Assembly (NCBI RefSeq): GCF_036365525.1
Contig: NC_090408.1
Location: 39,132,124 to 39,196,123 of the forward strand
DNA length: 64,000 nt
Reading direction: 5' to 3'
Origin: Heterodontus francisci
Taxonomy: Eukaryota
Position numbers and translations under genes: made by a program. Below are positions 1 to 12,000 of the stretch, piece by piece (within the stretch, counting starts at the first letter, position 1; every line of letters begins with the position of its first letter). The notes beneath the pieces are model-generated. The model did no database searches and was not told the origin of the DNA. It saw nothing but the letters and a program-made list of their open reading frames with translations.

Positions 1-896
1 GGGAGTGATTATGAGGCTGTAATGTAATTGAGGGGTTTAAATGGTTTATTTATGTAGCCTTTTCTTGGCACTTTGCCATCAGCAGCACCTGTGTGTTACC
101 CCCGCCACTAATGGTACCCTATAGTGTAAGCAGTGCAAATTCCGCAGCCCTTGGCCCAAATTTGTGGGTTGTACAGCAGACAGTCCAGCCCTACTGGGCC
201 TCGGTCCTCAAGACTAGCAGCATATTGTAAGAGGAAAGGGGGAGCTCAAAGGTTAGTGTGCGTGTGCTCACACAGACTTTACAGCTGACCTGGACAGTTG
301 AACACTTTGTATGGTTTTAATTGCTCATCCCTACTTGTCCTGAGGTCAGAGGAAAGTTTTCTCCTGCAATGGGGGACGTGAAGTACAGGTTTACAGTAAA
401 AGCATCTGAGGCTTAGTTCCCTTCAAAAAGAAACTGATTAGATATAAATCAGTGTCTAGAAATGAGTTTACAGGTTACTGGAATAGGGTTAGACTGAGCT
501 GATCAAATAATCCCTGGGACCTGACCTTTCCTGTACTGCTGAGGGGCAGCAGAATGTAATGTGGGGAGGACATTCATCCCAGGGATGAACAGTGCAGGGA
601 TGAGGATGGCTGAAAATTCTGCAGCTTTGCTTCATTACCTTTACGGATCAGAGTGTTCATACAAAACTTTCCCTCAGGACATTAAAGGCTAGAAATAACT
701 GTTTGCAATACAAAAATTAAGTGTTCACTCACTAATATCATTAAGCAGTCATTCCTGAACTTCAATGCATTGTGTAGAATCGACAAATATATAGATTGCA
801 TATGATCAGGGCAAAGGGTGGGCCAAATGCAATTGTTTTGTTCTGTGTTTTACAATGTTTTTATAACTCTGTGGTGAATTTAATTCAAGGATTTGA

Positions 897-1018
897 TTGA
901 ATCATAGAAAGTTTATGGCACAGAAAGAGGCCACTTGGCCCATTGTGTCTGTGCCAGCCGAAAAACATTCCACCCATTCTAATCCCACCTTCCAGCATTT
1001 GGTCCGTAGTCCTGCAGC
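897..1018 (-). mobile_element. CR1 LINE 3' terminal fragment
   Basis: Aligns by eye with the CR1 3' end at 35155-35280 (catagaaa...acagaa(a/g)gaggcca...aat(c/a)ccaccttccagca). Confidence 0.8.
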
Positions 1019-1074
1019 AAATCGTGCAGCTGGAGTATTGGAGCCAAAGCAAGGGACACAAAATGAGTTGAAAT

Positions 1075-1148
1075 CACTGAAACCTGGGATTGAACCAGGG
1101 ACCTTTTTGATCTTCAGTCTAACATGCTCCCAACTGAGCTATGTCAGC
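1075..1148 (-). pseudogene. tRNA-Phe(GAA)-derived sequence (pseudogene or SINE head)
   Basis: Reverse complement is GCTGACATAGCTCAGTTGGGAGCATGTTAGACTGAAGATCAAAAAGGTCCCTGGTTCAATCCCAGGTTTCAGTG, versus vertebrate tRNA-Phe GCCGAAATAGCTCAGTTGGGAGAGCGTTAGACTGAAGATCTAAAGGTCCCTGGTTCGATCCCGGGTTTCGGCA. About half the differences are CpG decay; acceptor, D and anticodon stems carry mismatches. Confidence 0.88.
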
Positions 1149-1289
1149 CACACATTGCTCGATAAACCAATCTTAAAAAATTGGGAAAAAAAGGACAATG
1201 ACCTTTCCAATATCTTTCAAATGCAGCACAGAGGGACAAGTCCATTTGAAATGCACCAACTCCTTAAGGTTAAATGTGTTTATCCAGCA

Positions 1290-1495
1290 TATAGCTGAAC
1301 CTGGCAAACCAGGAAGGGATGAGATTTGGTCCACAGTTTGTGTTGAGGTAGCTGTTCTCAGCCTGGAAAGAGGTGGAAATCAGCCAGGGTTCCCGCTGCT
1401 GTTCACTATCCAGTAACCTTTGCTGGAGGTGCAGGTGTATGGATGTAATGCCAGGACAGGATTGGATTCAGTTGTGATGCCCCTACACTGTTAAC
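1290..1495 (+). mobile_element. Old tRNA-derived SINE-like repeat (family A). Other decayed copies: ~3350-3690, 8440-8700(-), 14330-14580(-), 40500-40800(-), 41000-41230, 45700-46050, 52000-52170(-), 57780-58020(-), 61060-61350(-)
   Basis: Recurrent core aatcagccagggttcc(t)gctcctgatcactatccagt...ggacaggattgg seen at many positions. Family name not assigned. Confidence 0.6.
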
Positions 1496-1619
1496 CCTCA
1501 CCTCTATGCTCACCTGATGCCCATGGAACCATACTCCAGCATGAAGTTGATGTCTTCTGAAGGGGGGGAGCGGGGAGAAATTGGCAAAGAAAAAGGTCAC
1601 TACGATGGTTGGATAGAAT

Positions 1620-2027
1620 TTTTTTTTATTCATTCACAGAACGTAGGCACAACAGGCAAGGCCAGCATTTATTGCCCTTGAGAAGGTTGTTGGGACTTCT
1701 TGAATAAAGCTAAGTGGCTTGCTGGGCCATTTCAGAGGGCAGTTAAGAGTCAATCACATTGCTGTGTGTCTGGAGTCACATGTAGACCAGACCAGGTAAG
1801 GACAGCCCTAAAGGACATTAGTAAACCAGATTTGTCTTTTTAAATGACAATCCGGCAGTTGCATGGTCACCATTACTGATACTAGCTTTTTATTCTAGAT
1901 TTTATTTAATTAATTTTATTTAAATTCCCTGGCTGCCATGTTGGGATTTAAACTCATGCCTCCAGATCATTAGTCCACGCTTCTGGATTACTATCTCGTA
2001 ACATAAAACACTATGCTACTGCACCCT
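1620..2027 (-). mobile_element. tRNA-derived SINE (family B) with LINE-derived 3' tail
   Basis: Same sequence as 43412-43800(+) and 60030-60423(-). The 3' tail gcaataaatgctggcc...cccacatccc-A-rich is shared with the LINE at 7063-7999. Confidence 0.8.
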
Positions 2028-2169
2028 TAATAAGTTGGTGTTGACAGCCTCCTGGTGATGTGTGAGTGCTTGTTGTAGAAATCCATGGTTCAGGATTCAC
2101 TAATTCTAAGACCTAACCTCCATTTATTTTAATGGTTCTCAGGCAGACAATTTCTCAAAAACACTTCTT

Positions 2170-2510
2170 CAGTGCAGTAGTGAGAGAGTGCTGCACTGCC
2201 AGAAATGCCATCTTTCATATTAGATGTTAAACCGAGGGCCCATTTGTCCTCTAAAAGATTCCATTGCACTATATCGAAGAAGAGCTGGGGAGTTCTGGCC
2301 AATATTTATCGCTCAACCAACATCACAAAAGCAGATTACCTGGTCATATTCCACTGCTGTTTGTGGGAGCTTGCTGTGCAGAAATTGACTGCTGCGTTTC
2401 CTAAATTACAACAGTTATTATGCTTCAAAAGTACTTCATTGGCTGTAAAGCACTTCAGCATGTATTGAGGCTGTGGAAGTTGCTATATGAATGCAAGTTC
2501 TTTCTTTCTT
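2170..2510 (+). mobile_element. Deu-domain SINE (SacSINE1-like). Other copies: ~4090-4395, 8900-9135, 13020-13385, 16700-17010, 58190-58480(-)
   Basis: Core gttaaaccgagg...gaagaagagc...ctggccaatatttat..ctcaaccaacatcac...tgctgtttgtgggagcttgctgtg, and L2-type tail gctatat(a)aatgcaagt. Confidence 0.75.
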
Positions 2511-3709
2511 AAAAAATTACAGTAGCTCCCCAAAGCAATTGTTTTAGGTCGAGAAGGAACTATTGTCTATATTCTCAACTCTTGTATTTATAATATTTCG
2601 ATAGGTTCTTTGTGGGCTCTCCAGATTTTAACAACTTTTTGATAAGTTATGACTGTAATATGTACCATTTACAAAAGTAAAAAGAAAAAAAATCTAAAAG
2701 TGCAAAATCTACCTATAATTAAAAATCCTTTTGGCTAACTCACGTAAAATTGCTGAAGTGTGCTATTGAATTACATCCCTCAGCTGGATTTTTAAAAATA
2801 AATATCTGAATGTCATTGTTATGCTAATTATTTCCCTCCAATATTAGTTTTTGGACTCAACATCTTCTTACTAAATTAGATAGTTCCAGGAACAGAGTCA
2901 GGGATTAATGTATACAGCTCCAGTTGTAGAACTAGCATAGCATATGTGTGATGGGCCAAATGGACACCTTCTATGCTGTAATTTCTGAAACGCAACAACT
3001 CCTGCTCCACCAAATTTGCATTAGAGCCATTTACCAAACTAAAAGCTGGAGTAAGGAGGATGGACCCATTCCCTTTTTGCTAGGTTCATGCTGTGCAATA
3101 ATATTAATGAAATTCCTCTATCTGCTGCTTAAATTAAATTGTTAACTCGTTTCAGATAAATGCTTTTGTTAAAATAAGGGCCAAAGGACATGCTCATAAA
3201 TGAGTCAACATATTCATTACTAAAATATTTCCTATTCCCTCGTTTTCTGCCTGCTTAAATTTTTTTCTTCTTCCTCACTTTACAAAAATTAGTCAGAAAT
3301 CTCAAAACCATTTTAGAGAGTGTTTTCCCATACTGCTTTCCAAATCATTAGTTAATAAGTGGAATTGAGCCGGAGAGAGCAGGAAGGTGTCAGGTTGGAT
3401 CCCTGTTCTGTTCTGAGTTAACTGGTCTCAGCCTAGACCACAGTAGAGATTCTACAGATGGCTTCTGTGCTTCTGGGTTAGTGAAGGGGCATAATCAGAC
3501 AGGGTTCTTGCTCCTGATCACTATCCAGTTACCCCCAGAGTAAAATGTGTGCGTGTGTTGTGAGAACAGGATTGGGTTTGATTATAAGGTCAGCCATGAC
3601 CAAAGAGCTTGCTGACGCTCACTGTTTAGGCTCACACCTGAAGAATGGCTACATAGATGAGAGACTGCAGGGCAGCTAACAGCCACTGACTAATAAGAAC
3701 AGCAGCGGT

Positions 3710-3935
3710 AGAAATGTCTCATAACATTTTGCAGAGTTATTGGTCAAAGAGGCATGTTGTAAGGAGTGTTTTAAAGGAGTGAAGGAAGGTGGCAAGGCTT
3801 GGCGATGGAATTCCAGACAGTGGGGACCAGGCAACTGAAGGCACAGTCGCCGATGGTGGGACAAAGGAAAGCAGCAACGCTCAAGTTTGGAGTTAAAGCA
3901 ACAGAGAGTTTGGAGGGAGGGTTGTAGGGCTGGAG
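3710..3935 (-). mobile_element. L2 LINE 3' fragment. Related fragments: ~9150-9240, 9480-9770, 14985-15160, 46830-47215, 62520-62920
   Basis: Recurring L2 3' sequence (ttcagttgcc..ggnccc...ctggaattcc...ctcctttaa(a)ac(g)ctcctt...ctttgacca) ending in aaaggtgctatataaatgcaagttg in the plus copies. Confidence 0.65.
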
Positions 3936-4486
3936 GGGCAGGGGGTACAGAGACAGAGAAAGAAAATGAAAACAATGAAGTCCAAATCTAATTTTGAAAC
4001 TGTTTTCAAATGTTTTGCAAACTGGACTATTGTTTCAGAGCAAGGAGCAGCCTGGCACAATGAGCACATAATGTGGGCTGACAATTTACTGTTAAGAGGG
4101 TGTTTTTGGAGTTGTTGCCTTTTGGATGAGACATTATGCTAGGCCCTGCCTGTTCAGGTGGATGTAAAAGATCCCATGACATTCTTTCAACAAGAGCAAG
4201 TGAGTTCTCTTGGTGTCCTAGCCAAAACTTCTCTCTTAACCAACATTCCCAAAACTGATTAATTGGTCTCTCAATGCTGTTTTTGGATCTTGCTGTGTGC
4301 AAACTGGCTACCATGTTTGCCTACATTACAACCATGACTATAATTCAAAAACTGTATCAGCTGTGAAGCACTATATAAAATCCATGTTCTTTCTTTAAGA
4401 AACTCAATGCAACAATTTGATTTGCAAACAAACACGGGATTTCCTGTAATATGACAAACATATTATCAAAAGCAAAAAATTTATAC

Positions 4487-4607
4487 CTTGGCAGAGGAAC
4501 ATTTGTAAGAACTTTTCCCATGTTGGGAATACTTCCTTATTAACTGGCTGTGCGTGCTCTGCCAAAATTCTAGGCAACTCCTTCGACATCTTCAGCTCAG
4601 CAGGTTC
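4487..4607 (-). CDS. IQCH: IQCH exon ([41 protein letters not shown])
   Basis: Acceptor GTTACGCAG|, donor AAG|GTATAA, 121 nt, phase 0-1. HAQPVNxxxFPTWxKFLQxFL motif. The next exon was not found in 1-4486. Confidence 0.94.
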
Positions 4608-4845
4608 CTGCGTAACACATTAAACACAAACATTAGCAGAGATTATACATAAATAAATGAACTGTACTTTAAAATGGAAACTGGAAAATCAACAGTCACG
4701 TCAGCCACACATGAAAAGATGGCAGCCGATTGTTTGCTACTGCTAATATCATTTCTGTATTTACATGCCAAATTTCCACATTCCCTCTTTCTATTTCCTT
4801 CACTCTAAAGGACATGCTTGGCAACATATATATGTATACATATAT

Positions 4846-5829
4846 TCTTTTGGGCCTCCTTATCTCGAGAGACAATGGATACGCGCCTGGAGGTGGTCAG
4901 TGGTTTGTGAAGCAGCGCCTGGAGTGGCTATAAAGGCCAATTCTGGAGTGACAGGCTCTTCCACAGGTGCTGCAGAGAAATTTGTTTGTTGGGGCTGTTG
5001 CACAGTTGGCTCTCCCCTTGCGCCTCTGTCTTTTTTCCTGCCAACTACTAAGTCTCTTCGACTCGCCACAATTTAGCCCTGTCTTTATGGCTGCCCGCCA
5101 GCTCTGGCGAATGCTGGCAACTGACTCCCACGACTTGTGATCAATGTCACACGATTTCATGTCGCGTTTGCAGACGTCTTTATAACGGAGACATGGACGG
5201 CCGGTGGGTCTGATACCAGTGGCGAGCTCGCTGTACAATGTGTCTTTGGGGATCCTGCCATCTTCCATGCGGCTCACATGGCCAAGCCATCTCAAGCGCC
5301 GCTGACTCAGTAGTGTGTATAAGCTGGGGATGTTGGCCGCTTCAAGGACTTCTGTGTTGGAGATATAGTCCTGCCACCTGATGCCAAGTATTCTCCGAAG
5401 GCAGCGAAGATGGAATGAATTGAGACGTCGCTCTTGGCTGGCATACGTTGTCCAGGCCTCGCTGCCGTAGAGCAAGGTACTGAGGACACAGGCCTGATAC
5501 ACTCGGACTTTTGTGTTCCGTGTCAGTGCGCCATTTTCCCACACTCTCTTGGCCAGTCTGAACATAGCAGTGGAAGCCTTACCCATGCGCTTGTTGATTT
5601 CTGCATCTAGAGACAGGTTACTGGTGATAGTTGAGCCTAGGTAGGTGAACTCTTGAACCACTTCCAGAGCGTGGTCGCCAATATTGATGGATGGAGCATT
5701 TCTGACATCCTGCCCCATGATGTTCGTTTTCTTGAGGCTGATGGTTAGGCCAAATTCATTGCAGGCAGACGCAAACCTGTCGATGAGACTCTGCAGGCAT
5801 TCTTCAGTGTGAGATATATATAATATAAT
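4846..5829 (-). mobile_element. RTE-clade LINE, 5'-truncated and young; RT C-terminus plus terminal zinc finger
   Basis: Uninterrupted ~305 aa (4897-~5812): FGLTISLKKT, FTYLGS, LSTLLYGSEAW, RRLRWLGHVSRM, GRPCLRYKD, C-terminal CSTC...HSRIGLYSHSRRC. CpG-rich. 11-bp TSD tatacatatat at 4835-4845 and 5830-5840. Confidence 0.92.
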
Positions 5830-5844
5830 TATACATATATAATG

Positions 5845-8400
5845 CTCCCAGAAATGTTGGGGAACATGAGGGTCTAATGAGAAGGGGGAACTGTATGAAA
5901 TCAGTATTAGTAGGGAAATGGTGTTCGGGAAATTGATGGGAGTGAAGGCTGATAAATCCCCAGGGCCTGATAATCTACATCCCGGAGTACTTAAGGAAGT
6001 GGCCCGAGAAATAGTAGATGCATTGCTGGTCATTTTTCAAAATTCTATAGACACTGGAACAGTTCCAATGGATTGCAGGGTAGCTAATGTAACCTCACTG
6101 TTTAAAAAAGGAGGTAGAGAGAAAACAGGGAATTATAGACCGGTTAGCCTGACATCAGTAGCAGGGAAAATGCTAGAGTCCACTACAAAAGATGTAATAG
6201 CAGAGCACTTGGAAAACAATTTTTTGAGGATGTAATTAGTAGAATAGATAAGGGAGAACCAGTGGATGTGGTGTATTTGGACTTTCAGAAGGCTTTCGAT
6301 AAGGTCCCACATACGAGATTAGCGTGCAAAATTAAAGCACATGGAATTGGGGGTAAGGTACTGACATGGATAGAGAACTGGTTGGCAGACAGGAAACAAA
6401 GAATAGGAATAAAAAGGTCTTTTTCCGAGTGGCAGGCATGACTAGTGTGGTACCGCAGGGATCAGTGCTAGACCCCAGCTATTCACAATATATATTAATG
6501 ATATAGATGAGGGAATTAAATGTAATATACCCAAGTTTGCAGAGGACATAAAGCTGGGTGGGAGTGTGAGCTGTGAGGAGGATGCAGAGAAGCTCCAGTG
6601 TGATTTGGACAGGTTGAGTAAGTGGGCAAATACATGGCAGATGCAGTATAATGTGGATAAATGTGAGGTTATCCACTTTGGTGGCAAAAACAGAAAGGCA
6701 GATTATTATATGAACGACGATAGATTGGGAAAGGGGGAGATGCAGCAAGACCTGGGTGTCCTTGTGCACCGATTGCTGAAAGTAAGCATGCAGCTGCAGC
6801 AGGAAGTTAAGAAGGTAAATGGTATGTTGGCATTCATAGCGAGAGGATTCGAGTATAAGAGCAAGGATGCCTGGCTGCAATTATACAAGGCCTTAGTGAG
6901 ACCACATCTGGAGTATTGTGTGCAGTTTTGGTCTCCTTATCTGAGGGAGGATGTTCTTGTTATGGAGGGAGTGCAGCGAAGGTTCACCAGACTGATTCTT
7001 GGGATGGCATATGAAGAGAGATTGGGTCGATTAGGCTTGTATTCGCTAGAGTTTAGAAGAATTTTTTAAAAATTAATTCATGGGATGTGGGTGTCGCTGG
7101 CCAGGCCAGCATTTATTGCCCATCCCTAATTGCTCTTGAGAAGGTGTGGTGAGCAGCCTTCTTGAACTACTGCAGTCCATGTGGGATAGGTACACCCACA
7201 GTGCTGTTAGGAAGGGAATTCCAGGATTTTGACCCAGCGACAGTGAAGGAACGGCAATATAGTTCCAGGTCAGGATGGTGTGTGACTTGGAGGGGAACTT
7301 GCAGGTGGTGGTGTTCCCATGCATTTGCTGCCATTGTCCTTCTAGTTGGTAGAGGTCGCGGGCTTGGAAGGTGCTGTCTAAGGAGCCTTGGTGCATTGCT
7401 GCAGTGCATCTTGTAGATGGTACACACTGCTGCCACTGTGCATTGGTGGTGGAGGGAGTGAATGTTTATGGATGAGGTGCCAATCAAGCAGGCTGCTTTG
7501 TCCTGGATGGTATCGAGCTTCTTGAGTGTTGTTGGAGCTGCACCCATCCAGGCAAGTGGAGAGTATTCCATCACACAGGCTTTGGGGAGTCAGGAGGTGA
7601 GTTACTCGCTGCAGGATTCCTAGACTCTGACCTGCTCTTGTAGCCACGGTATTTATATGGCTACTCCAGTTCAGTTTCTGGTCAATGGTAGCCCTTAGGA
7701 TGTTGATAGTGGGGGATGCAACGATGGCAATGCCATTGAACGTCAAGAGGAGATGGTTAAATTCTATGTTGTTGGAGATGGTCATTGCCTGGCACTTGTG
7801 TGGCACGAATGTTACTTGCCACTTATCAGCCCAAGCCTGGATATTGTCCACGTCTTGCTGCATTTCTACACGGACTGCTTCAGAATCTGAGGAATTGCGA
7901 ATGGTGCTGAACATTGTGCAATCATCAGCGAATACCCCCACTTCTGACCTTATGATTGAAAGAAGGTCATTGATGAAGCAGCAGAAGATGGTTGGGCCCA
8001 AGAATGAGAGCGGATCTCATAGAAACCTACAAAATTCTAACAGGACTGGACAGACTAGATGCAGGAAGGATTTTTCCTATGGCTGGGGAGTCCAGCACCA
8101 GGGGTCACAGTCTAAGGATAAGGGGTAAGCCATTTAGGACTGAGATGAGGAGAGAGTTCATCGCCCAGAGAGTGGTGAACCTGTAGAATTCTCTACCACG
8201 GAAAGCAGTTGAGGCCAAATCATTAAATATATTCAAGAAAGAGTTAGATATAGTTCTTAGGGTTAATAGGATCAAGGGATACGGGGAGAAAGCGGGTACA
8301 GGTTACTGAGTTTGGATGATCAGCCATGATCGTATTGAATGGCAGAGCAGGCTTGAAGGGCCGAATGGCCTACTCCTGTCCTATTTTTCTATGTTTCTAT
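5845..8400 (+). mobile_element. CR1 LINE (5'-truncated ORF2/RT, decayed), interrupted by the LINE at 7063-7999
   Basis: KSPGPDNLHP, GNYRPVSLTS, DFQKAFDKVPH, LVRPHLEYCVQFWSP. Resumes at 8000 (RMRADLIETYKIL). 3' tail gggccgaatggcctactcctg...ttctatgtttctat. Confidence 0.92.
7063..7999 (-). mobile_element. CR1/L2-group LINE, 5'-truncated, nested in CR1
   Basis: GPTIFCCFINDL, FADDC, WADKWQVTF, MEYSPLAW. 6-bp TSD aagaat at 7057-7062 and 8000-8005. Confidence 0.88.
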
Positions 8401-9244
8401 ACATACTGGAATTGGAAACTCTCTGTTACCATGTGCAAGTGCTCATGTGTGAGGCTATTTGACATGGGGGCATCACAGCTGAGCTCAATACTGGACTTTC
8501 GATGTCTACATATCCATACTTCCAACAGAGGTCGCTGGACAATGATCATGAGCAGGAATCATAGCCAATTTTCCCATCCCTAGCCAAAGGTTGCTGCAGC
8601 TAATTGCAGTGCCCATAATTACTGTGAGAGCCAAGATTAGTTAATTCAAGATTCTGGCATATTCTGGTCAGTACCATACCACATGGTGCATTTATCCACT
8701 GCTTCCTCGGGAAAGCAAATACTGGCTTTTAATTGTGCCCTACTGTTTGGATTTTTTTTTGTAATTTATTATTAAAGACATGGCCTGCTGTTTTCTGTTG
8801 GTTGCACCTGCTGAGTATGTGATGATGGCAAAGTAAGTAATTTAACATTCATTCATACAAGGAATTTGAGCTCATCATCTAAGCTGATGCTCAATTTCAA
8901 TGCTGAGGGAGTGCTGGACATGACAGTATTTGGATGAGATATTAAACTATCTGACAGTTCCAGTGGTTAGTGTAAACATTAAAGATTCCATCGAACTATT
9001 CGAAGAACAGGGAGTTGTCCCAGTATCTTAGCCAAGATGCTTCCTTTGACACTCATCGCCAGACAGACAGACTCACTGGTCATTACGCCGATTGCTGTTT
9101 GTGGGATCTTGCTGTGTGCAAAATAGCTAATGCAACCTACCCCGTACCAAATCCTGCTCACTTATCGCCCTTGTCCTGCATTGGCTCCTATACCCACAAC
9201 ACCTCAATTTAAATCCCTTCATGGCCTCACCCCTCCTTATCCAT

Positions 9245-9385
9245 CCTTGAATAAGGGTCACAGACCTGAAATGTTAACTTTGTTTCTCTCTACACAGATG
9301 CTGCCATACCCGCTGAGTATTTCTGGCACTTTCTGTTCTCATTTCAGAGTTCCAGCATCCGCAGTATTTTGCTCTTATTTTAGGC
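9245..9385 (+). repeat. Penelope-derived short repeat (hammerhead-like), decayed, inserted in an L2 fragment
   Basis: agggtcacagacctgaaatgttaac...cacagatgctgcc..acc.gctgagtatt...ttccagcatccgcagtattttgct; same family as 23194-23324. Confidence 0.7.
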
Positions 9386-11559
9386 TGTGAGGAGGCTTGT
9401 GTGGAGCATAAATAGCAGCATAGACCATTTAGGCCGAATGGTCTACTTTTGTGCTACACACTTGATGCAACTTGATATAAACTCCTCCATCCTACAAGAG
9501 CTCCAACTTGAACTCTTCATTCTTCTGACTCTGGCCTTCCATGCTTCCCTTCACCCCACCATTGGCAGAAGGGCCTTTATCTGACTAGGCTCCACATGCT
9601 GTAATTCCCTCCGTAAACCCTTCAGACGCTTCAACTCCCTCTTAAAGCCTCCTTCGGTTACTCCTCCTAAATCGCCACCTTTGGCTCAGCATTAATTATT
9701 TTTCCTTATGCTTCTATGAAATACCTTGGGATCTTTTTCTATATTAAAGGTGCTATATAAATACAAGTTGTTAAAGAGTTCAGCCATACAATAAGGTCAT
9801 ATATAAAGGCAGGTTATTCATTAGTGCTGTGGTGAAGACTGAGGTCTACAACCAGTTCAAATTAATATCAGAATGGAGCTGCAGGTGTAAACTGATGGGC
9901 GTGGATGGGTACTAATTTCAGAGCTTGACACTCCATGTTGGAAGTCCTGCTTAGGAGGCCCTGAAAATTCTGCCTAAGAGTCCAGCTGATAAAAAATAAA
10001 TTGCAAATAATTTTTTTTTTAAATTAGCTATGGGTGGGATGTTTTTCTCTTGAACACATGACCATAAGATCACTGTGGATCTTTAATCTCAAGTATTTTT
10101 TGAAATATTATTTTCCTTTTATTCTAAAATGAGGATTGCTCTCCATTCTTCTTTCTTTAATGCCAGTTATGCAGCATTCTATCCTCAGTAATGGGAACTA
10201 CCAGATGACCTGCCACTGGCTTCCACCACTGTTGCTCCAAAACTAGCTGTTGGGAGTTCAGTGAATGGAGGCCTGGGTGATCCTATTTCCAGTCTGGCTT
10301 TACTCATCTCCAGTCATTCGGTGCTGTCCTACAGCAACACAGCTGAGATAAGTCGTGTGCCAGACAATGATCTCCTTTTAAATATCCCTGTATCAGGTGG
10401 AAAAGCTGGATATGTGCTCTCCAAACCTGTGTCACTGCTGTTGCGTAGAAGGCCAGGAAGGGAATGACCAGCCCTTGATTTTCCTTTCTTCTTCCTCTTA
10501 GTGCTTTCTTATGTGGAGGTCAGAAAACTAACCACACAGTGAGCTGGATGATAAACACATATCCTACTACTTTGTGGTGTGGCCGTTGAATGGCCAATGC
10601 TACTATTCTGTTTTGCAACTTAAATGATCTTTCATGTAAATGCAACCATCATCCCAATCACCCCAAAGCTCCTGTGAAAGTTTGGCTCAAATATACCACT
10701 TTACTGTACTTTCAACTTATTAAATAGGATATTAAAATGAATGCCATAATTCAAAGCAATACATCTTTAAATTTATTTAAACATTACTAACCCTCGTACC
10801 ATCTAAGAATTATTTCATTATGAAATGTTAAAATTTATTCTGGAATGGTTAGTGCAGAAAGCCTGAGCAATTCTGTAACCCTGTTCTCATGCTGTATGCA
10901 GGTCAGGTATAGTGAGACCATGTCTCCTGTCCCACTATGCACAATGTGACAGAGACAGGTCTACTGTTAGGCTGGAATGTCCAAGCTGCAGTGCCTGTCA
11001 TTAGTGCAGCTCAAAAATGGTAAAGCTGACAAAGGTGCTGCAACTGTTGCAAAATCGTTCCTCCACAATTGTTTATAACACTAGAAAGTAAGCTAAGGTA
11101 GTGCTAAGAGCAATTTAGTATGCACATTTTAAGCATTTGCACAAGAATAGCGGTGATCGTAATTTCTACCCTGTAGCTTTAAATTACCATTTTAAGTTAT
11201 TAGCGACTGAAATTATGACATGCTGCACCAGTATTGCTCCAGTTTAGTACAAATTAAATGAGACCTTTAATGTTTTATTTCTTTAAAATTCTGTGACTTA
11301 AAAAAAAACACTGCATAAATGAAGTAGGTTTACCATTTGGATCTCTGGCCAGACTGGAATCCTTTTCATTCAGTTTTATTCCCTCTTCTCCTGAGGTGCT
11401 GACTATCCCTGACATATGTTCCATAGGAGGCAAATAACTCTAGTGACTTGGACAGGGAACTTTCATCCTCTGAACTGTTTGTCTGGACCTCCAGATTATT
11501 AGTTGTGTAACATAATCACTTCATGTGAAATCAGTTATGCCCTACCTTGGAACAGAAGG

Positions 11560-12000
11560 AGTGGTGGGGGGTGGGATGTGTGGTCATTCAGCTCCTTAAG
11601 CCTGTTTCACCATTCAATTAGACCACGGCTGACCTGTACCTTAATGCCATCTATCTGTTTTGGTTCTGTAACCCTTAATACCGATGCTGAATGAAAAGCT
11701 ATCAATCTCAGTTTTGAAATTTTCAATTGACCTTCTGCCTCAAGTTTTTTGGGGAGAGAGTTTCAGATTTGCACTATCTTTTATGTGAAGAAGTGCTTCC
11801 TGACATCACCACTGAATGGCCTGGCTCTAATTTTAAGGTTATGCCCTCTTGTTATCGACTTACCCACCAGATGAAATTGTTTCCATCTACCCTATCAATT
11901 CCTTTAATCATTTCAAAAACCCCAATTAAGTCACCCATTAACTTCAAGGGGATGCAATCCTAGTCTATGCAACCTGTCCTCATAACTTAATCCATCTCCT
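11560..12000 (-). mobile_element. Old CR1 3' fragment
   Basis: CR1 3' UTR and C-terminal ORF2 similarity (ttcagatt..cacta.cttt..gtgaagaagtgcttcct...ttttaaggttatgccc). Confidence 0.7.

Noticed and set aside
1075-1148. Functional tRNA-Phe gene
   Set aside because: Mismatches in the acceptor, D and anticodon stems, a 1-nt insertion and systematic CpG decay indicate a methylated, non-functional copy.
4897-6033. 378-aa ORF as a single protein
   Set aside because: Chimeric: the first ~70 aa are antisense CR1 plus an AT-rich junction; only ~5812 down to 4897 is RTE ORF.
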